NCBI GenBank assembly: GCA_028826165.1
Contig: JAPDFW010000093.1
Span: 62,001-126,000 of the forward strand
Origin: Anaeramoeba ignava BMAN
Lineage: Eukaryota; Protista; Anaeramoebae
Length of the DNA: 64,000 bases
Direction of reading: 5' to 3'
Within the stretch, counting starts at the first letter, position 1. Each line of letters begins with the position of its first letter. Shown here one piece after another: positions 38,953 to 51,000 of this stretch. A program made the translations under genes and the position numbers. The notes beneath the pieces were generated by a model. It did not search any database, had not been told where the DNA came from, and saw only the letters and a list, made by a program, of their open reading frames with translations.

Positions 38953-41811
38953 TTATTGATTTTTTATGAATTCAACTGCAGTGCAAAAAGTTGTTAAATA
39001 ATAACCAGTTTCATTTGCAAATTCTGAAGGATCTGAGTAACTGACCATAAATTCTGTTATTGTTTGTAAATTATTAATATCTGAATGACAAATTAAATAT
39101 ATAAAAATTGACAGAAAATCATCTCCACTTATTAATTGATTTGAAACTTGATCTTCCCGATTTTCCATTTGTTTTTCAATTGTTTGATAAATTGAAAAAA
39201 CTGTTCTTGTCAATACATTAAAATATTCAAACGGTAACTTGCATTTTTTTAAAGTATTAAAACAATTTATTGGGAAAACCCAATCAAGTGATTTCAAATA
39301 ATCTGAAAATCCAAAAACATCAGGATCTTCTTTTTCCAATTTTTTTCTTTTTTGATTAACTTCTTCATCTTCAATTCCACATTTTCTTTGTATTTTCTCG
39401 GTTATTTTTTTCAGAAAAGGTTGTATTAGTATTTTTTCAAGAAATTTTTCAATCATGTAACTAAATTTACGTTTGATTTTCAATTTTCTTTCTTTTTCTT
39501 CTTTATTTTCGTCTTTCAAAAATATTTTCATAATTTCTTTTTTTTTTGTTTAAAAATATCTTTGTTTAAATTATCAATAGTTTGTCTAATTTCATTAGTT
39601 TCAATTTCTTTTTGAAAAGGTTTTGTAGAAATGAGATGTTTAATTTTTTGCAATTCTTCGTTTTTCACTTTGAAAATTGCATTAATTGTTTCTGATTCTA
39701 AAACCAAATCCATTTTATCAATTCTTTCTAATTGTGAAATTTTAATAGAACAAGGAAGAAGATTAAAAATTGAATTCTCTTTTTGATTCTGATTCTGATT
39801 TTCTTGATCATCTATTGAAATGTGAATGAATCCATTTTGATTATTTTTTGTTTCATTATTATTTGATGGTATATATTCCAAAATAATATTCCTTAATTGA
39901 GAATTTTCAACATTTTTATTATCATTTTTATTTGATTTTTTTTCTGGAATTTTCTGAGTATTAAAAGCTTCAAAAAGTTCACTTTCCCATTTATCTGCAG
40001 ATAATTCAACAACTTCTTCTGAACGTAATCTTCTTAATAAAGGACCTTGACTATTTTCAACTTGATTATTTTCAACTTGATTATTTTGAACTTGATTATT
40101 TTGAACTTGATTATTTTGAATTTGATTATTTTGAATTTGATTATTTTCAACTTGATTATTTTCAACTTGATTATTTTCAACTTGATTATTTTCAACTTGA
40201 TTATTTTGAATTTGATTATTTTGAATTTGATTATTTTCAACTTGATTATTTTGAACTTGATTATTTTGAATTTGATTATTTTCAACTTGATTATTTTCAA
40301 TTTGATTATTTTCAACTTGATTATTTTGAACTTGATTATTTGGATCAAAATTTTTCATTGATAAATTTCTTATTGTAAAACTTCGACTAAAAGGTTTCCT
40401 TCTTAGAGATTGATTTCTTTGACGAAGATATAATAATTTTCTACTACTCATACTTTCTTTGAGTGTTTGTTTTGTCAAAACTTCTTTTTTTTCATTTAAT
40501 TTTTTTCTTTCTTCTTCTTCTTGTTTTTGATCAAAAAAATAAATATAATCGAATTTTTTTGAAATGAAAGAATTCCATTTGTTTATTAAGTGAAATTTAA
40601 TAAGACATCGACTTGATATTTCTTGAGCTATATGAACACAATCTACAGAGATATATTTATACCATTCTTTATTTGTGTATTCGAGAACAAAAGTTGTTGC
40701 ATTTTCAAGTCGTATTATTTTTAATTCTTTATATTCAAAAGCTAAACTTATTTTTCCAAATTTGAGATCATCTTCTTCACAAATGTTCGTACACTTTTTA
40801 TTTCTTGTTGTGGATTCTGTGGGTCTTGATATTAAGAATTCCTGTTGATGTTAATCGTAAAATGCGTTGATGAATTTTTCCCCATCTATATTTTAATAAT
40901 TAATTTAATAAATAATTTAATAAATAATTTAATAAATAAATTAATAAATAAATTAATAAATAAATTGATAAGTAATTTAATAAATAATTTAATAAATAAT
41001 TTAATAAATAAATTAATAAATAAATTGATAAGTAATTTAATAAATAATTTAATAAATAAATTAATAAATAATTTAATAAATAAATTAATAAATAATTTAA
41101 TAAATAAATTAATAAATAAATTAATTAATAAATTAATAAATAATTTAATAAATAAATTAATAAATAAATTAATAAATAAATTAATAAATAATTTAATAAA
41201 TATTTTAATAAATAATTTAATAAATAAATTAATAAATAAATTAATAAATAATTTAATAAATAAATTAATAAATAAATTAATAAATAAATTAATAAATAAA
41301 TTAGGGAATATTTTTTAATTAATTTAATGGTTAAATTGATAAGTAATTTAATAAATAAATTAATAAATAAATTAATAAATAAATTAATAAATAATTTAAT
41401 AAATAAATTAGTAAATAAATTAGTAAATAAATTAGGGAATATTTTTTAAATAATTTAATGGTTAAATTGATAAATAAATTAATAAATAATTTAATAGTTA
41501 ATTTGATAAATAAATTAGGGAATATTTTTCCAATAATTTAATGGTTAAATTGATAAGTAATTTAATAAATAAATTAATGGTTAAATTAGTAAATAAATTT
41601 TGCTAAATTAATTTTTTTTAATTAAATTTCTTTTTTCGAATTTTTGATTTTCGAATTTTTTACGATTTTTTACATACCTATTAACTTTTTTTAAATTAAA
41701 ATTAACTTTCTCTATTTTACTTAAATAATCTTTTACAATTTGATTTATAACTTTTTCTTCTTTTGGATTTTCTGTCTTTTCATGTGGTTTTTTATAATAA
41801 ATTAAAGTCAT
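38953..41811 (-). CDS. VPS9-domain Rab5-family GEF with N-terminal PH-like domain and Q/N repeat; two frame breaks
   Basis: Exon 1 is 41678-41811 and exon 2 is 38953-40885. VPS9 signatures ISGDDFLSIFIYLI and GYYLTTFCTAVEFI. N-terminal KKVNRWGKIHQRILRLTSTGI. Confidence 0.85.
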
Positions 41812-41918
41812 ATATAAATCTAAAAAAAAAGAATAAGAAAAAAATGTTTTTGAAAATTTTTTTTTTTCATTTTTCATTTTTCATTTTTTTTAAAAAAAAA
41901 AAAATAATCATAACAATA

Positions 41919-44825
41919 ATGAATAAAGTAAATTTTTGGAAACAATTTCAAGAAACTCGTTTTATTGGATTTGATCTTGATAATACACTTATTCAATATA
42001 AAATTCAAAATCTTGCAAAATTATTATTTGAATGTATTCAAAATTATTTAGTTAAAGAACCAAATTTATCAAATTTAAAAGAAGTAAATTTAACGAAATT
42101 AAATTAAAAATTAAATTAAATTAAAAATTAAATTAAAAATTAAATTAAAAATTAAATTAAAAATTAAATTAAAAATTAAATTAATAATTAAAAATTAAAT
42201 TAATAATTAAAAATTAAATTAATAATTAATAATTAAATTAAAAATTAATAATTAAAAATTAAAAATTAAAAATTAAAAATTAATAATTAAATTAGTGTGT
42301 TTTTAATCCAAAAATTTGTGCAAAAGGAAATATTATTGATTTTGAAAAAGGAAATATTTTAAAACTTGACGAAGAAAATAAAATAACTGTTTGTTTTTGA
42401 ATTTTTATTATTTTATTTTTTTTAAAAAGATAAAATTCTATTTCAAAAGGAAAAATAATCGAAAAAAAAAAAATTCACAAAAAAAATTTTTTTTTCTTCT
42501 TTTTATTTAAGATTGCTTTTCATGGATCAAAAAGACTTTCTAATCAAGATATTATGAAACAATATGATAATGGTTTTCTCAAATCTTTTACAGGAAAAAG
42601 AGATGAAAAATTTCTTCCACTTGCAACTGAATTTGGAATTGGTTTAGGTAGTTTTGTTGCTTCTCTTGTATTCTTTCTTTTTTTCAAAATCAAAATTAAA
42701 ATTCATTTATAAAATTCAAATTCATTTATAAAATTAAAATTAAAATTAAAATTAAAATTAAAATTAAAATTAAAATTAAAATTAAAATTAAAATTAAAAT
42801 TAAAATTAAAATTAAAATTAAAATTAAAATTAAAATTAAAATCCAAAATTAAAATTAAAATTAAAATTAAAATTAAAATTAAAATTAAAATTAAAATTAA
42901 AATTAAAATCAAAATTAAAATTAAAATTAAAATTAAAATTAAAATTAAAATTAAAATTAAAATTAAAATAAAAATTAAAATTCATTTATAAAATTAAAAT
43001 TAAAATTAAAATCAAAAATAAAATTCATTTATAAAATTAAAATTGATATTAAAATTAAAATTAAAATTAAAATTAAAATTAAAATTAAAATTAAAATTAA
43101 AATTAAAATTAAAATTAAAATTAAAATTAAAATTAAAATTAAAATTAAAATTAAAATTAAAATTAAAATTAAAATTAAAATTAAAATTAAAATTAAAATT
43201 AAAATTAAAATTAAAATTAAAATTAAAATTAAAATTAAATTCATTTATAAAATTAAAATCAAAATTCAAATTCAAATTCATTTATAAAATTCATTTATAA
43301 AATTAAAATTAAAATTCTCAAAGATTGATCTTTTTGATCAAGAAATCAAAAAAGGAAATGATCTCAAATATTCTTCATTAGCAAATCATTTATATTCAGC
43401 AATGGATAGAAATTTTGTTGAATGGGAAAATGGACAATATTTTAGAACAATTGAAGCAAATCCAACAAAATATGTTATTCCTTCACCAAAAACAAGATTA
43501 TTACTTGAAAAATTAATTGAAAACAAAAAAGAATTATTTGTTGTTACAAATAGTATTCCAGAATATACAAGACTTTTATTAGATGGTGAAAAAAACAAAT
43601 CAAAAATTTAATCAAAAATTAAAATCAAAAATTTAATCAAAAATTTAAATCAAAATTTAAATCAAAAATTAAATCAAAAATTAAATTAAAAATTTAATCA
43701 AAAATTTAATCAAAAATTTAATCAAAAATTTAATCAAAAATTTAATCAAAAATTAAATTAAAAATTTAATTAAAAATTTAATCAAAAATTTAATCAAAAA
43801 TTAAATCAAAAATTTAATCAAAAATTAAATCAAAAATTTAATTAAAAATTTAATCAAAAATTTAATCAAAAATTTAATCAAAAATTTAATCAAAAATTAA
43901 ATCAAAAATTTAATCAAAAATTAAAATCAAAAATTTAAATCAAAAATTTAAATCAAAAATTTAAATCAAAAATTTAATCAAAAATTTAATCAAAAATTTA
44001 AATCAAAAATTTAATCAAAAATTTAATCAAAAAATTTAATCAAAAATTTAATTAAATTAAATCAAAAATTTAATTAAAAATTAAATCAAAAATTAAATCA
44101 AAAATTAAATCAAAAATTATTAAATTGAAAAATAAATTTAGTTTGTATTGGAAAAGATTGGAGAAAATTTTTTAAAATTATTGTTTATTCATCAAGTAAA
44201 CCTAGATTTTTTAATTTAGATAATCCATTTGAAAGTAAATTAAAAAAAAGATTTATTTATTTATTCATTCATTTCAAATTTAAATTCAATTATTTTTTTA
44301 AAAAAAATAAAAATACAAAAGTTTGTTTACCTGAAAATGAAGATAAAAAATCAATAGTAGAATTTTTACATGGGAATTTTAAACAACTTGAAAATGAATT
44401 GAAAAAATTAACAAATCCAAAAAATGAAAATGAAAATGAAAAATTTTGTTATTTTGGAGATCATTTAATTAGTGATATTCAAGCTTGCAAACTGTAAAAA
44501 ACAAAAGAAAAAGAAAAAGAAAGATTTTCAATCAAAAAATTTTAATTAATAATTTCTTAATTTCTTTTTCTTTTTTTTTTGTTGATAAATTAGGAATTCT
44601 AATTGGATTACAACAGGAATTATTAGTGAATTGAATAAAATTAATTCAAATGAACATGAAATTTGGGGAAATTTTTTTTATTGCAAAGAATCTTTAGAAG
44701 AATCAAAAACTGAAGATAAAAAATCATTTTGGAAATTAATTTCTGATAAATATTGTGATTATGTCACTTCTTCTTTAGAAGATTTTTATAATGAATATCA
44801 AGAATTTCTTAACAAAAAGAATTAG
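41919..44825 (+). CDS. HAD-family 5'-nucleotidase domain protein (NT5DC1-like)
   Basis: Multi-exon gene. HAD motif I GFDLDNTL, motif II FVVTNS, motif III SSKPRFF, motif IV YFGDHLISDI; also GNILKLD and AFHGS. Confidence 0.9.
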
Positions 44826-45059
44826 AAATAAAAGAAATAAAGAAAAGAACATTTTTTTTTCTTTTTTTTATTTTTAAAAATTTAAGAAAAAATAAAAGTA
44901 AAAGAAAAAGATTATTTTTGTTATTTTGATTTTTGGAAATGAAATGAATCAATTCAAAATTATGAAAGAAAGTTGAGAAATTGAATATACAAACTTGATC
45001 AAAAATTTCCCAAAAAAAAAAGTGAAAAAGTGACAAAAAAAAAAAAGAACTTTTTTGGA

Positions 45060-48000
45060 TTATTTTTTAGTTGGATCAATTCGACCTTTATGAGAAAAAT
45101 CAAAAGATTGTTGGCGAGGAAGTGATTTTGATAAAGGTTGTGGTTGAGGTTGTGGTTGTGATTGTGATTGAATTCTGGATTGATTATCTTTTTGTTGATT
45201 ATCATCTGATTTTTGAATATTTTCTTCATTTGGAAAAAGAACTGCTTTTGTTTTTTTATTGCTTTTTAAATCAAGAGTTTTTTGGATACATTTAATCCAA
45301 TCATCCATTTCTTCTTTTTTTAAAGCTTGCAAATAATAAGTTCTGCTTTGGGTTTGAATTTCAAACACAAATTTCTTTTTAAATTTGTCACTTTGCTTAA
45401 CTTTTGCAAGTGTAAGATTAATAAAATTAGTAACGGGTTGTTTTTTCTTTATTGTTTTGTAACTTAGTTGACTTTCTTCTAAACTAAACGGTCTTTTTTG
45501 CCAAGTTTTAAATACATTTGAACCACGTTTTAAAAGCAATCCTGATTTTTTTGGGAAATTTTCAGTTTGTTGAATTTGTGTAGTTTGCAAATCATCTTTG
45601 AGTAATTTGGGCTCATTTTTTTGCGTTGCTTTTGGTTTGAAATCCTTTACTGATTTGAATTTTACACTGTGAATGTGTGATATTGATTTATGTTTGGATT
45701 GTGATTCTTGTTTATCTTTTGATTTTTGATTTGAATGTGGTTTATGAACTTCAACATTATCAAATCCTTTTGAAAAATCTTGAGGAAGTTCATAACTTTT
45801 TTCGTCTTCTGAATCTTGTGAAGAAATTGAACTATCAGTTAACTGATTCTTTTTTGTTTTTTTGGATCCAAATAGTGCCTTTGAAATTGCTAAATCTGCA
45901 ATATTTGTTTCTTTAATAATGTCGATATTTTCTTTGTTTTTTCTGGGTTTTTCTTTCATTTGCTTTAAAAAGATATCATTCATATCAAGATATTCTTCTG
46001 GGTGTTGATTGATTTCTGAAAGTAATGATGCTCTGAAGTTGTTTACCCATTCAATTAATAGTGAATGATTTGGTGTAATGAATAGGTATTCTTTCCCTGG
46101 AATACATATTTTAATTCCGTTAAGTTGGTTGTTTAATGAAATATTTATGTGTTCTAAATGTATTTTTGTTCCTCCGATACCCTTTATAATATTTTAAATT
46201 TTATAAATAAATTATTTTTATAAATGAATTTTAAATTTTATAAATAAATTAATTTTATAAATAAATTATTTTTATAAATGAATTTTATTTTTATAAATTA
46301 ATTTTAATTTTATAAATTAATTTTAATTTTATAAATTAATTTTAATTTTATAAATTAATTTTAATTTTATAAATAAATTTTAATTTTATAAATAAATTTT
46401 ATTTTTATAAATAAATTTTAATTTTATAAATGAATTTTATTTTTATAAATGAATTTTAATTTTATAAATGAATTTTATTTTTATAAATGAATTTTAATTT
46501 TATAAATGAATTTTATTTTTATAAATGAATTTTAATTTTATAAATGAATTTTAATTTTATAAATGAATTTTATTTTTATAAATGAATTTTATTTTTATAA
46601 ATAAATTTTAATTTTATAAATGAATTTTATTTTTATAAATGAATTTTAATTTTATAAATGAATTTTATTTTTATAAATAAATTTTAATTTTATAAATAAA
46701 TTTTAATTTTATAAATGAATTTTATTTTTATAAATGAATTTTATTTTTATAAATGAATTTTAATTTTATAAATGAATTTTATTTTTATAATACATACACC
46801 TTCATTTGGAGATATAATTATGAAAGACGGATATAAAATAACCCAATATCTTTCAGATGAATCTTTTTCCAAAAGTTGTGATTTAAGCAGAAAATTTGTA
46901 TCTTCTATATTTTTTGAAAGAATTTCTAAATCTTTATGATTATTTTCTTCAATATTTTGAGGTTTTGCTTGATGTTCATTAATAGTTGTTAAATTTAAAA
47001 TTTTCATTGAAATAATCTCGTCAAATTTATAAATCCAATCAAGTTTATCTTGTTGTGTTTCTGCAATAAATGTTGCAGTAAAATTATTATCTTGATTTGA
47101 TATTGAAAAAGAAAGTTTATCATTTGATTGTTTTTCCTTTGATTTTTCATCACTTGATTTGGTTTGATTTATTTGGCTATCATTCTCAATATTATTTTTT
47201 GAAATATCCTTTTCTTTTTCATTATTAACATTATTATCGGAATTATTTTTACTGATATCATTTGCATTTTGATCAGAATCCATTTCTTGATTTGAATCTT
47301 CATCATTTGAATTTTCTTCCATAATTAATACCAAAGATGCAGAAAGTGGGAGTCTTGCAACAAGTTTGAATTTATTTCCTGAAGGTCTTGTTATAACAAA
47401 GATATCGTTAAACATGAAAATTTTAACCTTAGTTTCCTTTGCATCGTGAAGATAAACAAGAAAGCCTTCTTTCAAAAGTCTGCGGCTTGGAATGGATGTG
47501 ATTTTGAGTCCAATAATCTTTTGCATTGTTTCCAAAACAAGATTCATGTTCTCAGCTTCTCTTTTTTTCTCATTGACATACAAGGCAACAGCCTTTATTT
47601 CGTCTAAAGACTTAACTAAATTCTCATAATCTTGATGATCCTTATTAGTAAATTTCACTAATTCTTCAAGAAGTAAACGATATCGAGGGATTCGCTGAAT
47701 TGGCATGATCATAAATGCTGTGATATCTTTGTTTCCACATTCAGGAAGTTGTTGCTGCTTTTCAAGAAACATTGAGAATTCTTTTTTACTTCTTAATTCT
47801 GTTAAAGTATTCAATGCATTGTTATAATTGTTAATATATTCTGAATAAACCTTCAGAAATCTAAATGCTTTCAAGAAAATATCTCCCAATGTTGTTGTTT
47901 TTGTCCATGATTCCCATCGCTCCTCAATTTCAATTAGTAAATGTTGATTGTAATTTGTGATCACTTCGATTTGTGAGAAAATTGACCGGATCTGTTGGTG

Positions 48001-51000
48001 AGTAATAAGTGATTCTTGTTTTTTTAATGGAATGAGGAAGTAATCAACTAAAATTTTCAAGTTGCTTAAATATGCCTTTTCTGTTGTGTAAATTTCTTCA
48101 ACAATTTTATTCCGTCTGTTTTCTCTTTTCACTTCGGGATCAACTGGTTTATTTTCAATTGGAACTTCATCTACTTCAATTTGATTTTTTGTTTCTTGGT
48201 TTTCATCTCCTTCGGTTTCTTTCTCTTGAATTACTTCTAGTAAAAGAGATTGAAACCTCCCAAGTAAATTTTGTTCTTCTCCTTGATTTTCTTCTCCAGA
48301 TGTATTTACTAATGATTTTGATTTTGATTTTGATTTTGATTTTGATTTTGATTTTGATTTTGATTTTGATTTTGATTTTGATTTTGATTTTGATTTTGAT
48401 TTTGATTTTGATTTAGATTTTGATTTAGATTTTGATTTTGATTTTGATTTTGATTTTGATTTTGATTTTGATTTTGATTTAGATTTTGATTTTGATTTTG
48501 ATTTAGATTTTGATTTTGATTTTGATTTAGATTTTGATTTTGATTTAATTTCTTCAATTTTTGTTTCATCTTCAATTTTTGTTTCATCTTCAATTTTTGT
48601 TTCATCTTCAATTTTTGTTTCATCTTCAATTTTTGGTTTATCTTCAATTTTTGTTTCATTTTCAACTGTTTCATTTTCAATTGTTTCATTTTCAATTTTT
48701 GGTTCATTTTCAATTTTATCTTCAGAAGAATATGTTGTTGATGTTGTTGATTTAGATTTAGATTTTGATTTTGATTTTGATTTAGATTTAGATTTTGATT
48801 TAGATTTAGATTTTGATTTAGATTTTGATTTTGATTTTGATTTAGATTTTGATTTTGATTTAGATTTTGATTTTGATTTAGATTTTGATTTAATTTCTTC
48901 AATTTTTGTTTCATTTTCAATTGTTTCATTTTCAATTTTATCTTCAATTTTTGTTTCATCTTCAATTTTTGTTTCATTTTCAATTTTTGGTTTATCTTCA
49001 ATTTTTGTTTCATTTTCAATTTTTGGTTCATCTTCAATTTTTGGTTCATTTTCAATTTTTGTTTCATCTTCAATTTTTGTTTCATCTTCAATTTTTGTTT
49101 CATTTTCAATTTTTGTTTCATTTTCAATTTTTGTTTCATCTTCAATTTTTGTTTCATCTTCAATTTTTGTTTCATCTTCAATTTTTGTTTTATCTTCAAT
49201 TTTTGTTTCATTTTCAACTTTTGGTTCATTTTCAATTTTTGTTTCATTTTCAATTTTTGTTTCATCTTCAACTTTTGTTTCATTTTCAACTTTTGTTTCA
49301 TTTTCAATTTTTGTTTCATTTTCAATTTTATCTTCAATTTTATCTTCAGAAGAATATGTTGTTGATGTTGATGTTGTTGATTTTGATTTAGATTTAGATT
49401 TAGATTTTGATTTTGATTTTGATTTAGATTTAATTTCTTCAATTTTTGTTTCATTTTCAATTTTTGTTTCATTTTCAATTTTTGTTTCATTTTCAATTTT
49501 TGTTTCATCTTCAACTTTTGTTCCATTTTCAACTTTTGGTTCATCTTCAATTTTTGTTTCATTTTCAATTTTTGTTTCATTTTCAACTTTTGTTTCATTT
49601 TCAACTTTTGTTTCATTTTCAATTTTTGTTTCATTTTCAATTTTATCTTCAATTTTATCTTCAATTTTATCTTCAGAAGAATATGTTGTTGATGTTGATG
49701 TTGTTGATTTAGATTTAGATTTTGATTTTGATTTAGATTTTGATTTTGATTTTGATTTTGATTTTGATTTAATTTCTTCAATTTTTGTTTCATTTTCAAT
49801 TTTTGTTTCATCTTCAATTTTTGTTTCATCTTCAATTTTTGTTTCATTTTCAATTTTTGTTTCATCTTCAATTTTTGTTTCATTTTCAATTTTTGTTTCA
49901 TTTTCAATTTTATCTTCAATTTCATCTTCAATTTTTGTTTCATTTTCAATTTTTGTTTCATTTTCAATTTTTGTTTCATTTTCAATTTTATCTTCAATTT
50001 CATCTTCAGAAGAATATGTTGTTGATGTTGATGTTGTTGATTTAGATTTAGATTTAGATTTAGATTTAGATTTAGATTTTGATTTAGATTTAGATTTAGA
50101 TTTTGATTTTGATTTAGATTTAATTTCTTCAATTTTTGTTTCATCTTCAATTTTTGTTTCATTTTCAATTTTTGTTTCATTTTCAATTTTTGTTTCATTT
50201 TCAATTTTTGTTTCATTTTCAATTTTTGTTTCATTTTCAATTTTTGTTTCATTTTCAATTTTTGTTTCATTTTCAATTTTTGTTTCATTTTCAATTTTTA
50301 TTTCATTTTCAATTTTTGTTTCATTTTCAATTTTTGTTTCATTTTCAATTTTTGTTTCATTTTCAATTTTTGTTTCATTTTCAATTTTTGTTTCATTTTC
50401 AATTTTTGTTTCATTTTCAATTTTTGTTTCATTTTCAATTTTTGTTTCATTTTCAATTTTATCTTCAATTTTATCTTCAGAAGAATATGTTGTTGATGTT
50501 GATGTTGATGATTTAGATTTAGATTTAGATTTAGATTTAGATTTTGATTTTGATGTTGATTTTGATTTTGATTTTGATTTAGATTTAGATTTAGATTTAG
50601 ATTTAGATTTTGATTTTGATGTTGATTTAGATTTTGATTTTGATTTTGATTTAATTTCTTCAATTTTTGTTTCATCTTCAATTTTTGTTTCATCTTCAAT
50701 TTTTGTTTCATCTTCAATTTTTGTTTCATCTTCAATTTTTGTTTCATCTTCAATTTTTGTTTCATCTTCAATTTTTGTTTCATCTTCAATTTTTGTTTCA
50801 TCTTCAATTTTTGTTTCATCTTCAATTTTTGGTTCATTTTCAATTTTTGTTTCATTTTCAATTTTTGTTTCATTTTCAATTTTATCTTCAATTTTATCTT
50901 CAGAAGAATATGTTGTTGATGTTGTTGATTTTGATTTAGATTTAGATTTAGATTTAGATTTAGATTTTGATTTTGATTTTGATTTTGATTTTGATTTTGA

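Noticed and set aside
33874-41811. UPF2 and VPS9 genes as pseudogenes
   Set aside because: The breaks are isolated single-base indels, mostly in A runs; motifs and splice sites are intact, and the conserved AP3D1 gene shows the same defect.
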